Assembly: GCA_965238155.1 (NCBI GenBank)
Contig: OZ250175.1
Coordinates: 1,585,624-1,617,623 of the forward strand
DNA length: 32,000 nt
Reading direction: 5' to 3'
DNA from: Nitrosomonadaceae bacterium
GTDB taxonomy: Bacteria; Pseudomonadota; Gammaproteobacteria; Burkholderiales; Nitrosomonadaceae
Numbering within the stretch: position 1 is the stretch's first letter; each line of letters starts with the position of its first letter. A program made the position numbers and the translations under genes. Shown piece after piece: positions 1-9,523 of this stretch. A model generated the notes under the pieces. The model did no database searches and was not told where the DNA came from. It saw only the letters and a program-made list of their open reading frames with translations.

Positions 1-1016
1 GCCCCGCCAATCCCGAATGTAAAACTCGTATAAAAGGCCTGCCCTTTGGCTTGATGGCGTCCACGAAAAAAATGATGTACCACCATCATTGCCGCAACAT
101 GGTGTGCCCCATACGTTGCTGCATGCAGAATTTGTGCCAGTAGTACAACTACCGGCCATTCTACTCCCCAACCTATCATTAAAAACCGTACTACTGCACA
201 ACAAAAACTAAATGCAAGAACCTGCTTTAGGCTAAGCCAGTGCATTACTTTAGGTATAAGAAAAAATATACCTATTTCACATATCACGCCAATTGCCCAA
301 AGCCAGCCGATAGCACCTTTACTATATTCATACTCTACCAAATAGATCGAGTAAAACGTGTAGTAAGGGCCATGGGCAAAGGCCATTAACAAACATGCGG
401 TAAAGAAAGCCAATACACCTGGCTGTTTAAGTATCTGTTTGACGGACAGACTATCGGTGGGATGAGATGCTATTTCCGCCTCAGGAATCCGCCAGGAGAA
501 AATAACGATACCTAATTTAAATCCTAACACCCACCACAATAGAGATACGATTTCTGTAGTGTCTAACAGATACCCTATACCTATCACTGCACAAACAAAC
601 CCTAACGAACCCCATGAACGAATACTCCCGTATCTGGCCGTACTATCTCCCAGATGGGATAGAGTTGTTGCCTCCATCAATGGAAGTGATGCACTCCAAA
701 AAAAGCTCATCAGCGCCATTATGATAAACAGCCAGACAAATGATTCCCCAAAGAAAACACCGCAATAGCTTACCAGACCGGTAATTGCAGCTAGTTGAAC
801 GATCAACATCCGTCTGCCAGTGTGATCAGCCAGCCAACCCCATGCAGTTGGGGCAAAAATGCGCATTACGTGTAGCAAAGACATCAGTACGCCAATCTGG
901 AATGCATTAAAGGAAAGGGATTTAAGATAGAGGCCCCAATATGGAGCAAATGCACCTATAAATGCAAAGTGAAAAAAATAAAATCCTGAAAGACGCCAGT
1001 AGGGAAGTGATTGCAT
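1..1016 (-). CDS. MFS transporter (HcaT / MFS_1-like family), 3' end cut by window edge
   Basis: My own reverse-complement translation from ATG at 1016 is open all the way to base 1 (MQSLPYWRLSGFYFFHFAFIGAFAPYWGLYLKSLSF...GWLADHTGRRMLIV...HHFFRGRHQAKGQAFYTSFTFGIGG). It is absent from the ORF track because no stop lies in the window. It has many hydrophobic helices and an MFS motif-A-like loop (LADHTGRR). Track ORF 559..768(+) is a shadow of it. Confidence 0.75.
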   Translation of the reverse strand, partial: MQSLPYWRLSGFYFFHFAFIGAFAPYWGLYLKSLSFNAFQIGVLMSLLHVMRIFAPTAWGWLADHTGRRMLIVQLAAITGLVSYCGVFFGESFVWLFIIMALMSFFWSASLPLMEATTLSHLGDSTARYGSIRSWGSLGFVCAVIGIGYLLDTTEIVSLLWWVLGFKLGIVIFSWRIPEAEIASHPTDSLSVKQILKQPGVLAFFTACLLMAFAHGPYYTFYSIYLVEYEYSKGAIGWLWAIGVICEIGIFFLIPKVMHWLSLKQVLAFSFCCAVVRFLMIGWGVEWPVVVLLAQILHAATYGAHHVAAMMVVHHFFRGRHQAKGQAFYTSFTFGIGG

Positions 1017-1085
1017 CAGATCATTTTTTTGTGATCAACTACTGTTGATTAATTTCTACTATTTACGAATGAACTCCAGCAATGA

Positions 1086-1649
1086 TCAGGCACGCTTCTT
1101 AAACTCGTCAGTACGAGTATCAATTTCAATCATGTCACCAATCTCAACAAAAGCAGCAACCTGAATCTGATAAGAAGTTCCCTTCAGGCGTGCTGGCTTC
1201 ATTATTTTTCCTGAAGTATCTCCACGAACAGCAGGCTCAGTATATTCAACTTCACGAACAACTGTAGTTGGAAGTTCAACTGAAATAACCTTATCGTTGT
1301 AAAACGTCAATTTACAAATATCTTCCATGCCATCAATTAAATAATTTATCACTTCCGACATATTATCTGCTTCGACTTCAATTTGATTGTATTCACTGTC
1401 CATAAATACATATAGTGGATCAGCATAATACGAGTAGGTGCAGTCTTTTTGGTCAAGCACAGCCATATCAAATTTCTCATCAGCTTTATATATCACTTCT
1501 GTTACAGTATTAGAAAGAAGATTCTTTAATTTCATTCTGACCACAGATGCATTACGTCCGGACTTAGTAAATTCACATTTCTGTACGACCATTGGGACAT
1601 TGTCGATCATAGCGACGTTACCTGCACGAAGCTCCATTGCTGTTTTCAT
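1086..1649 (-). CDS. efp: Translation elongation factor P (Arg32 type)
   Basis: 187-aa full-length EF-P. The loop reads F-T-K-S-G-R32-N-A, so Arg occupies the position held by the modified Lys34 in E. coli-type EF-P. Confidence 0.95.
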   Translation of the reverse strand: MKTAMELRAGNVAMIDNVPMVVQKCEFTKSGRNASVVRMKLKNLLSNTVTEVIYKADEKFDMAVLDQKDCTYSYYADPLYVFMDSEYNQIEVEADNMSEVINYLIDGMEDICKLTFYNDKVISVELPTTVVREVEYTEPAVRGDTSGKIMKPARLKGTSYQIQVAAFVEIGDMIEIDTRTDEFKKRA

Positions 1650-1733
1650 GTTTCATCCTAATATTTGAAGTCAAGAAAAAATTACTTACTTGGAAAACTA
1701 CAAAGATAATTTCTTTATTTTATAGGTTTCAGA

Positions 1734-2870
1734 TTATATCTGATCTTTTCTACTAAACTTTACCAGATTAGACGTAAGGTCTCCTATAGGCAATAACTGT
1801 CTAGTCCATTTATTACCATATTGTGTCAACGTGATCATCTGAGCAGCAAAAACAGGCCATGCATTTATAATCTGGCCGTTGCCGTTCCATGCATTCCACA
1901 AAGAAAATACGGCAGCGGACATCTCTGGTAACATTCTTTCAGTATAAAGATTTAGAAACGCTTCTAGCTTTAGTCGATGTGATTGCTCAGCTTGAGGATA
2001 AATGTTCCATACAAAGGGCCGTTCCGCCCACTGAGCACGAATAAAAGAATCTTCGCCACGTACAAAATTAATATCACATGCCCAAAGTAGTTGGTCATAC
2101 TTGTCCTGCTCTAAAAATGGAATAATGCATACTTGCAATTTACCAGACTGCAACATCTGCCCGGCTTTTGGTGAATCAACACCAAAAAACATACCAATTG
2201 CATTATCGATTGAGTGTTGTGGAACCAACACACGTATTGGAAAGTCTGATATAACCCATGCTGACAATAGCTCTTTTATTGGTGCGTCATCGTAACAAAA
2301 TAAGGAAATATATAATTCCCCTTCTCTGCGTGATTGTATGCCTGTCTCCTGCCAAAATAACTCCTGCGAAACATTATTAAATGCAATTCGGTCAGGCAAT
2401 AAATTCTTTTCCAGTAACAAACCCCCTGTACCTCCTACAAAACCTGGAAAGAAAAAATTTTTTGTCAAATGCAAATGTGGATGAAATGACGGCAGACAGT
2501 GACAGTCTAATGTCCAATTCTCGGCACTAAGATACTCAAGATTTATCCAAACTGGCTGCTGTGGTAGATCTGCCATAGCTAGAATGTAATTATCAGGTAA
2601 TTTACAGGCAAAAGTCTCAATTACCACGTCAGCAGGCTTGATTCTGGGAAATGGTTGCCGCCAGTAATATATCTCAACACCCTGAAGCCACTGCCGCTCT
2701 TCATCAACATCTATTGACGGTGCAATCCGGGAAAAGATAGCAAGGTCATCCACCCAAAGCCTTACTTCCAGTCCATGCTCATTCACTAACTGACGTGCAA
2801 GTCTCCAGCAGAAGCCAACATCACCAAAATTATCAACAATGGTACAGAAAATATCCCAACGTAGTTTCAT
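1734..2870 (-). CDS. earP: EF-P arginine-32 rhamnosyltransferase EarP (DUF2331 family)
   Basis: It is co-directional with efp and lies immediately upstream of it. The N-terminus WDIFCTIVDNFGDVGFCWRLARQL matches the EarP hallmark DNFGD(I/V)G...WRLARQL. I moved the start from the track TTG (2882) to the ATG at 2870. Confidence 0.85.
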   Translation of the reverse strand: MKLRWDIFCTIVDNFGDVGFCWRLARQLVNEHGLEVRLWVDDLAIFSRIAPSIDVDEERQWLQGVEIYYWRQPFPRIKPADVVIETFACKLPDNYILAMADLPQQPVWINLEYLSAENWTLDCHCLPSFHPHLHLTKNFFFPGFVGGTGGLLLEKNLLPDRIAFNNVSQELFWQETGIQSRREGELYISLFCYDDAPIKELLSAWVISDFPIRVLVPQHSIDNAIGMFFGVDSPKAGQMLQSGKLQVCIIPFLEQDKYDQLLWACDINFVRGEDSFIRAQWAERPFVWNIYPQAEQSHRLKLEAFLNLYTERMLPEMSAAVFSLWNAWNGNGQIINAWPVFAAQMITLTQYGNKWTRQLLPIGDLTSNLVKFSRKDQI

Positions 2871-3011
2871 TGAGCACGACAATGATGCCCCCGAATAATC
2901 CCTGTAAGACTTCTTTATAAAAGATCTATCTTACTATTTAGCTGTTAATGACAATTACAAAGAATCATAGTCGTTAGTCATTTTTGCCATCACAAACAGA
3001 AAAAATTAAGT

Positions 3012-4187
3012 TCAAGCTTCATCAGGCTCAGGATTCTCTGTGGGTTCCGGTTTAACCCTGCTACCGCTACTTAATACAGATTCTTCTTTGGAAGTCTTGC
3101 CTGAGATTTTTGGTGTTAGGCACTCCACATCAGCATTTTGCGCACGGTGACGTAATGCATGATCCATCAGAACCAGCGCCAGCATTGCTTCAGCAATAGG
3201 AGTAGCACGAATTCCTACACAGGGATCATGCCTGCCATGAGTTTCTACAATTACAGGCTTTCCAGACTTATCAATCGACCGCCGTTCCAAACGGATACTC
3301 GAAGTAGGTTTAATGGCAATATTTACAATAATATCCTGTCCTGTTGAGATCCCCCCTAGTATCCCGCCCGCATTATTACTAAGAAATCCTTCAGGAGTTA
3401 TTTCGTCAGAATGTTGAGTCCCTTTTTGTGCAACGCTGGCAAAACCCGCACCAATTTCAATACCTTTTACTGCATTGATACTCATCATAGCGTGAGCAAT
3501 ATCTGCATCCAGCCGGTCATAAACAGGCTCACCCCAACCAACTGGTACGTTTTCTGCCACCACAATAATCTTTGCTCCAACTGAGTCACCAGATTTACGT
3601 AATTTTTCCATAAACTCTTCAAGTTGGGACACCATATCAGCATTTGCAGAAAAAAACGGATTACTATTTACCGTATCCCACTGTTTAAATGGGACTTCTA
3701 CTGGTCCTAATTGTGCCATGTAGCCACGTATTGAAATACCAAACTTTTCGTACAACCATTTTTTTGCTATGGATGCAGCAGCTACCCGTACTGCCGTTTC
3801 GCGAGCGGAGGCTCGCCCACCACCACGATAATCTCTAATCCCATATTTCTGCCAGTAGGTATAGTCTGCATGCCCGGGACGAAAAGCTTCCATTATCTTA
3901 CTGTAGTCTTTACTGCGCTGATCCTCGTTGCGAATTAGTAAGGCCATGGGAGTACCGGTAGTTCTACCCTCGAAAACACCAGAAAGAATCTCCACTGTAT
4001 CAGATTCTTTTCGCTGAGTTACATAACGAGAAGTGCCGGGTCTGCGTCGGTCCAGTTCCTGCTGAATATCGCCAGAAGATAATTCCATGCCCGGTGGACA
4101 ACCGTCTACGACACAGCCAATAGCCGGCCCATGAGATTCACCGAAAGAAGTTACACAAAAAACCTTTCCAATCGTGTTGCCGGACAT
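3012..4187 (-). CDS. aroC: Chorismate synthase
   Basis: 391 aa with chorismate synthase signatures ([26 protein letters not shown]). A Pro/Glu-rich tail of about 30 aa extends beyond the usual C-terminus. Confidence 0.95.
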   Translation of the reverse strand: MSGNTIGKVFCVTSFGESHGPAIGCVVDGCPPGMELSSGDIQQELDRRRPGTSRYVTQRKESDTVEILSGVFEGRTTGTPMALLIRNEDQRSKDYSKIMEAFRPGHADYTYWQKYGIRDYRGGGRASARETAVRVAAASIAKKWLYEKFGISIRGYMAQLGPVEVPFKQWDTVNSNPFFSANADMVSQLEEFMEKLRKSGDSVGAKIIVVAENVPVGWGEPVYDRLDADIAHAMMSINAVKGIEIGAGFASVAQKGTQHSDEITPEGFLSNNAGGILGGISTGQDIIVNIAIKPTSSIRLERRSIDKSGKPVIVETHGRHDPCVGIRATPIAEAMLALVLMDHALRHRAQNADVECLTPKISGKTSKEESVLSSGSRVKPEPTENPEPDEA

Positions 4188-4244
4188 TTCAACTCACTTA
4201 TTAAATCAATATATCAATTTTAGCACGAGCAATTAAAAACATAG

Positions 4245-5737
4245 TTACCGGTTTTGCAATATTCTTTGTAACATCTGCATGCCCCATCCAACACCAAAAC
4301 CTGTAACGTCGCTACTAACTGCCCCTAATCCACCTGTGTTTCTACTTGCAGAAAGATCCAAATGAATCCATGGAGTTTTACCAGCAAACCGACTAAGAAA
4401 AAGTGCTGCAAGTATATGATCAGCTTCGTGCTCCATTGAACACTGCTTAATGTCAGCAATTGTACTTTTCAGGCCTATTTTATAATCTGGATCCATAGGA
4501 AACGCCAGAACCCTTTCACCACAAAGTTTTCCTGAAACTACAGCTTGCTGTGCAAGGTTGTCATTATTACTGAAAAAACCACTATAGCGTGAACCCAGTG
4601 CTACACACATGGTGCCGGTCAGAGTTGCAAAATCTATCATCACATCAGGATTTTGTTTGGTTGCCAGACTCAACGTATCCGCCAGCACCATACGCCCTTC
4701 GGCATCCGTATTAATAATTTCGATTGTATCTCCGTTTAATGCGGTAACCACGTCGTTTTGCTTATATGCACGAGGGCCAATATGGTTTTGTGCAATCGCA
4801 AGCCAGCAGTCGATATTTACAGCCAGGTTAGCATGAGTTGCTGCGAGAAAATACCCAGAGCCACTGCTGATCCGTTCATATCTTCATGCATTCCGTACAT
4901 GTAGCGTGTCGGTTTAAGGTTATGGCCTCCGGTATCAAAACAAATACCCTTCCCTACCAATGCCACAGTTTTATCTGAACCTTTAACTGACCTTTGTAGA
5001 TGAACAATGCCGGCATCTTCTGAATCACTACCCTGAGCTACAGCAATAAATGCGCCTGCGCCCATTTTACGAAGTTTTCTCAAATCAAACTTCTGGTATT
5101 TCCAACCTTCACTATTTGCAAGCTTCTTGACGCGTCTGCAATATAAATCAGGAGTTAATTCATTGGGCGGCAAAACAGTAAGCTCACGTGCAAGTATATT
5201 ACCCTCTGCCTTACTACGCAGTAATGCAAAGCCACCAGCATCTTTGTACCCATGCAAAACAATTTTAGCGAGCTCTTTTCTGTATGGTTTTTTCTTATCA
5301 GTTTTTCGTGATGGCAGTATCGAACCATTTACCCATGATACAAATACTGCTAACTCTGCAAGTTCCCTCTTTTCCCTGGTATCCCCGTAAACACCAATAT
5401 GAATTTCCTCAGGATTCTCATCTAACAACATTTGTAAAGCTTTGCGTATACAGGTTTGTTGTTCAAAAACAGACTCCTCCTGATCTACTATGACCCATGC
5501 ACATAAGGAGCCATTTTCCAAATTGGCGCTAACTGGTACTCCACACATTTCCCTGGGTTTCATTTTGCGCCTCAATAACAAGGCCTCTAAGGTATCTTTA
5601 CCATAGAATGCATGCTTATTCTGAAATTTTCCGTACGATTTATCCCGTTTTGGCAGTACAACTAAAAGTTGATTTATTTTGGTAGACTGACTCACAGGTG
5701 AGATTTTCTGAATTAATTTTGCAATCATTTGTAACAA
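4245..5737 (-). pseudogene. M17 (leucyl aminopeptidase family) metallopeptidase, split by a single-base frame disruption
   Basis: Track ORFs 4817..5737 and 4245..4751 are the N- and C-terminal parts of one M17 protein (VGKGICFDTGGHNLKP...DMNGSAVALG // ...NTDAEGRMVLADTL...). The downstream frame is open upstream to 4883 (LAATHANLAVNIDCWLAIAQNHIGPRAYKQNDVVTALNG). Both frames are open together only in 4820..4883. The likely slip site is the A4 run at 4848..4851. Confidence 0.8.
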
Positions 5738-5837
5738 TCCTGTAAATAATTAACTGGTATTATATACGCCATGTCTCATAGACTAATTACAGTTTCTTAC
5801 ATTACTCTTTTTTAATCCTACAATCATTTTCTCTCCC

Positions 5838-6632
5838 ATGCGTCAGTACCTAGAATTAATGCAACATGTTCTTGAACAAGGTCATAAGAAATCAGATCGC
5901 ACCGGAACCGGTACGCTTTCGGTATTTGGCTACCAAATGCGTTTTAACCTGGAGAAAGGCTTTCCACTTGTTACCACTAAAAAGTGTCACTTGAAATCTA
6001 TCATTCATGAATTACTCTGGTTTTTGCAAGGTGGGACGAATATAAAATACCTGAATGACAATGGTGTCTCTATCTGGAATGAATGGGCGGATGAAAACGG
6101 AAATTTAGGTCCTATTTATGGATGCCAATGGCGTTCCTGGCCCAAAACAGACGGGCAGTATGTGGATCAAATTACTCAGGTAATTAAGCAAATTAAAGAG
6201 ACTCCTAACTCGCGACGTATGATTATTTCAGCATGGAATGTAGGTGATTTAGATAAAATGAAATTACCACCATGCCACGCATTTTTCCAATTTTATGTTG
6301 CTGATGGCAAGCTCTCTTGCCAGCTTTATCAACGTAGTGCAGATATTTTTCTTGGCATTCCATTCAATATTGCCTCTTATGCACTACTTACATTAATGGT
6401 GGCACAAAGTTGTAATTTAGAACCAGGTGAGTTCATCCACACTTTGGGTGACGCTCATCTATATCTCAACCATCTTGATCAGGCACGGGAACAGCTTTCT
6501 CGTCAACCAAGAGAACTACCTTTAATGAAACTAAATCCGGCAGTTCTAAATATTTTAGACTACAACTTCATAGACTTTACACTGGAAAATTACAATCCTC
6601 ATCCAATGATTAAAGCCCCAATCGCAGTATGA
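5838..6632 (+). CDS. thyA: Thymidylate synthase (ThyA type)
   Basis: 264 aa. Contains the classical motifs DRTGTGT and [12 protein letters not shown] (catalytic Cys) and ends in ...KAPIAV. Confidence 0.97.
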   Translation: MRQYLELMQHVLEQGHKKSDRTGTGTLSVFGYQMRFNLEKGFPLVTTKKCHLKSIIHELLWFLQGGTNIKYLNDNGVSIWNEWADENGNLGPIYGCQWRSWPKTDGQYVDQITQVIKQIKETPNSRRMIISAWNVGDLDKMKLPPCHAFFQFYVADGKLSCQLYQRSADIFLGIPFNIASYALLTLMVAQSCNLEPGEFIHTLGDAHLYLNHLDQAREQLSRQPRELPLMKLNPAVLNILDYNFIDFTLENYNPHPMIKAPIAV

Positions 6633-7219
6633 AACCGAAAATCGCACTAATCGCGGCAGTAGCGCCTGGCGGTATAATTGGATTTGAAAATAAAATGCCC
6701 TGGCACTTGCCTCGCGATCTACGCTATTTTAAAAGAACAACTTTAGGACACCCAATTATAATGGGACGCAAAACTTTTGAATCATTAAAATGTAAAGCGC
6801 TCCCAAATCGAAAAAATATAGTAGTAACAAGGAATCACAAATATACAGCACCTGGCTGTGAAGTGGTTTATTCACTCAAAGAAGCCATTGACATTTCTGG
6901 TAACGTAAAAAAGATTTTTATTATCGGCGGGGGACAACTATATGCATCGGCTATTTCATTAGCTGATGAGATACATTTAACTCAAATTGAAAATAAGAAT
7001 CGAACTGGTGAATTATTCGAGATATTCAGAGGCGACACGTTTTTCCCGAAAATTAATACCTCTGAGTGGAAAAAAACTCACCAAGGACGCCAGTTTCTTG
7101 CCACCAAAACAATGCAAGACCTAACTCAAGTAAAAGATAGCGGAATTTACTTCCAACGCTTTATATATACCCGAATATCTAAAAAAGATAATGCCGAATT
7201 AATTACACAAAAGACCTAA
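6629..7219 (+). CDS. folA: Dihydrofolate reductase (long form, 196 aa)
   Basis: Its ATG overlaps the thyA stop (ATGA at 6629..6632). The DHFR signature is [36 protein letters not shown]...IGGGQLY. Confidence 0.9.
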   Translation: MKPKIALIAAVAPGGIIGFENKMPWHLPRDLRYFKRTTLGHPIIMGRKTFESLKCKALPNRKNIVVTRNHKYTAPGCEVVYSLKEAIDISGNVKKIFIIGGGQLYASAISLADEIHLTQIENKNRTGELFEIFRGDTFFPKINTSEWKKTHQGRQFLATKTMQDLTQVKDSGIYFQRFIYTRISKKDNAELITQKT

Positions 7220-7228
7220 CCTATAATT

Positions 7229-8404
7229 TTATAAAACGACTACATCCGGTAACGGAAAACCATTAAAGTTGCTGGCATAAGCAGTAGTATATGCCCCTGC
7301 ATTAGGAATATAAATGAAATCTCCCTCCTGAATATCTGCCGGTAACATTTCATCGCGCATTAGAATATCAACAGAATCACAGGTAGGACCAGCGATAGTC
7401 CATGGAATACTCTGTCCCTTGCGATCAGTAAGAATTTCGTAACGCAACCCCTCAGTAATCTCAATGACACCACCAAACATTCCTGCATCCCAATACATCC
7501 ATCTCTTCCCACTGCGGGTAGCAGTTCCTACCACGCGACAGACAAAATAGGCTGAATCAGATACCAGATAACGACCCGGCTCCGCCATGATACGAATATC
7601 CTCCGGCAAATCTGCAATAGCCGCATTCACAATCTCTCCAATTACTTCAATTGAGGGAATGGGTTTAACATAGCGCACAGGATATCCGCCGCCTATGTTA
7701 AGCAGACGCGGATTTAACCCGACACGACGCATACTGATAAATACCTTTTTAGCACGCTCAATACCTACCTGCCAGTTTAAAGGATTACGACACTGCGAAC
7801 CGACATGGAAAGTGACGCCAGCAAGATCAGCCTTAAGCCTTGCAGCCTCAGTAATAATTTCATTTATATCAGAAATATGTGTACCAAACTTACCTGCCAG
7901 CGGCCAGTCACTACCAATATTAGGGGTATCTATACGCAAATACATTTTTGCATCTGGTTTTATACTTACAATCTTACGTAACTCTTCAATGCTGTCCAGC
8001 GCATACCACTCAACACCTTTAGATGATGCATATTCTAGGTAAGCCCTCGATTTCATTGGGTTACTGTAATAGATTTCTTTCGCAGGCACGCCCAGACTAA
8101 TTAGAAGATCTAGTTCAGAAACAGATGCAATTTCAAAGTTCACATTCTCCTGAATCAATGTTTTTAGCACACGTGGGTCTGGATTAGCCTTTACCGCATA
8201 ATGAGGATGTACACGTGGCATTGCAGCTTTGAAACGGTGAGTTTTATCACGGACAATGTTGCTGTCAAGCAACAGGAAAGGCTTACTATAACTTTTGCTT
8301 AAGGCCGCTCGTACATGTTCAAAATCAAGACTAACTTCGGGATGGGTGTCGAATACTACATTTGTCTGTACTTTCTTTCGTAGAGCTGTGGCGCGCATTT
8401 GCAT
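7229..8404 (-). CDS. Fold-III PLP-dependent ornithine (Orn/Lys/Arg) decarboxylase, eukaryote-type ODC-like
   Basis: 391 aa with YAVKANPDPRVLKTL (PLP-Lys), GGGYPV, EPGRYLV and GPTCDSVD motifs. An SD-like GGGAGA lies 5 nt upstream of the ATG. Confidence 0.85.
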   Translation of the reverse strand: MQMRATALRKKVQTNVVFDTHPEVSLDFEHVRAALSKSYSKPFLLLDSNIVRDKTHRFKAAMPRVHPHYAVKANPDPRVLKTLIQENVNFEIASVSELDLLISLGVPAKEIYYSNPMKSRAYLEYASSKGVEWYALDSIEELRKIVSIKPDAKMYLRIDTPNIGSDWPLAGKFGTHISDINEIITEAARLKADLAGVTFHVGSQCRNPLNWQVGIERAKKVFISMRRVGLNPRLLNIGGGYPVRYVKPIPSIEVIGEIVNAAIADLPEDIRIMAEPGRYLVSDSAYFVCRVVGTATRSGKRWMYWDAGMFGGVIEITEGLRYEILTDRKGQSIPWTIAGPTCDSVDILMRDEMLPADIQEGDFIYIPNAGAYTTAYASNFNGFPLPDVVVL

Positions 8405-8426
8405 GAGGGTCTCCCTTCGAGAAACA

Positions 8427-8492
8427 CTACGTTACGGGGATGTGAATGCTGACCAGATCAGCCGGGGCGAAATAGTTATTTTTGCTTTTCAT
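8427..8492 (-). CDS. Candidate 21-codon leader ORF in the ODC 5' leader (MKSKNNYFAPADLVSIHIPVT)
   Basis: An ATG at 8492 is preceded by GGAGAG (8507..8502). The stop TAG at 8429..8427 lies 22 nt before the ODC start. The ORF sits between the predicted promoter and the ODC gene. I cannot test conservation, and an ORF this short could arise by chance. Confidence 0.25.
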   Translation of the reverse strand: MKSKNNYFAPADLVSIHIPVT

Positions 8493-8536
8493 AATGATCT
8501 TCTCTCCACTAATTAAGTTTTGTAAAATTTAGGCGG

Positions 8537-8564
8537 ATTATAGACTTCATTTCAATGGAATCAA
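8537..8564 (-). promoter_or_regulatory. Candidate sigma-70 promoter for the ODC gene (TTGATT-N16-TATAAT)
   Basis: On the minus strand, TTGATT (8564..8559), a 16-nt spacer and a perfect TATAAT (8542..8537). This would give a leader of about 125 nt. Confidence 0.4.
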
Positions 8565-8662
8565 GTCTTTTTTTCAAATGAAATAGCAAACGAAATAATT
8601 TCACGTAACAGCTATGGAAAATTAACTATTATTCATATGCTTGCAGGAGGACATCCCAGGTA

Positions 8663-8758
8663 AGGCTTAGGCTTAGGCTTAGGCTTAGGCTTAGGCTTAG
8701 GCTTAGGCTTAGGCTTAGGCTTAGGCTTAGGCTTAGGCTTAGGCTTAGGCTTAGACTT
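8663..8758. repeat. Hexanucleotide microsatellite (AGGCTT)x15 perfect plus one variant unit (AGACTT)
   Basis: Counted directly: 15 perfect head-to-tail AGGCTT units span 8663..8752, followed by AGACTT at 8753..8758. It is intergenic between the dcd stop (8879) and the ODC promoter/start. Confidence 0.98.
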
Positions 8759-8878
8759 AATTTTAAGTTTTTAGAATAGGCTGAAGCTCTCTCTAAAAAG
8801 ATATATGTAATAATCCTCATATACCTTTTTTATTTCTTTATACTCAACCAAACAGAATAAATCTCACACAAATTAAAT

Positions 8879-9445
8879 CTATATTTTTGGTAAAGTCACA
8901 CCTTTCTGACCCTGATATTTTCCACCACGATCTTTGTATGATGTTTCACATACTTCATCCGATTCAAAGAATATAACCTGCGCCACTCCCTCGTTCGCAT
9001 AAATTTTGGCAGGGAGTGGTGTAGTATTTGAGAACTCTAACGTTACAAAACCCTCCCACTCCGGTTCAAACGGGGTGACATTTACAATAATGCCACAACG
9101 AGCATAAGTAGATTTACCAAGGCAGATTGTTAACACATTGCGAGGAATACGGAAATACTCAACTGTTCGAGCTAAAGCAAAAGAATTGGGTGGAATGATA
9201 CAAACGTCATTCTTTACATCAACAAATGAATTGGAATCAAAATTCTTAGGATCTACAATTGTAGAGTTTATGTTAGTAAACAATTTGAATTCGTTCGAGC
9301 AACGTATGTCATAACCGTAACTTGAAGTGCCGTAAGAAACTATCTTGTGACCATTAACATGCTTCATTTGATTTGGCTCGAACGGCTCAATCATGCCTTT
9401 CTCTTTTGCCATATGTCGAATCCATCTATCTGATTTTATTGTCAT
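8879..9445 (-). CDS. dcd: dCTP deaminase
   Basis: 188 aa with typical Dcd sequence ([12 protein letters not shown]..., [32 protein letters not shown]). Confidence 0.95.
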   Translation of the reverse strand: MTIKSDRWIRHMAKEKGMIEPFEPNQMKHVNGHKIVSYGTSSYGYDIRCSNEFKLFTNINSTIVDPKNFDSNSFVDVKNDVCIIPPNSFALARTVEYFRIPRNVLTICLGKSTYARCGIIVNVTPFEPEWEGFVTLEFSNTTPLPAKIYANEGVAQVIFFESDEVCETSYKDRGGKYQGQKGVTLPKI

Positions 9446-9523
9446 TATATGGGTAAATAAATTATTAATTACAAGTATATTCAGCGTAAATTATTTCCGT
9501 TTCTCTTATTCTGGTATGCCTGA

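Noticed and set aside
559-768. Plus-strand track ORF (69 aa), and the many other antisense or overlapping track ORFs (for example 1438..1668, 7695..8042, 11964..12245, 14296..14637, 16384..16647, 19445..19759, 27841..28113).
   Set aside because: Each lies entirely inside a well-supported gene on the opposite strand or in another frame. None has recognisable motifs, so these are shadow ORFs.
8629-8820. Track ORF encoding MRIITYIFLERASAYSKNLK(LS)n...LTWDVLLQAYE across the hexamer array.
   Set aside because: The (LS)n stretch is just the translation of the AGGCTT microsatellite. The SD is poor (AAGG only 3-4 nt from the ATG) and the protein has no recognisable features. I treat it as a repeat artefact.
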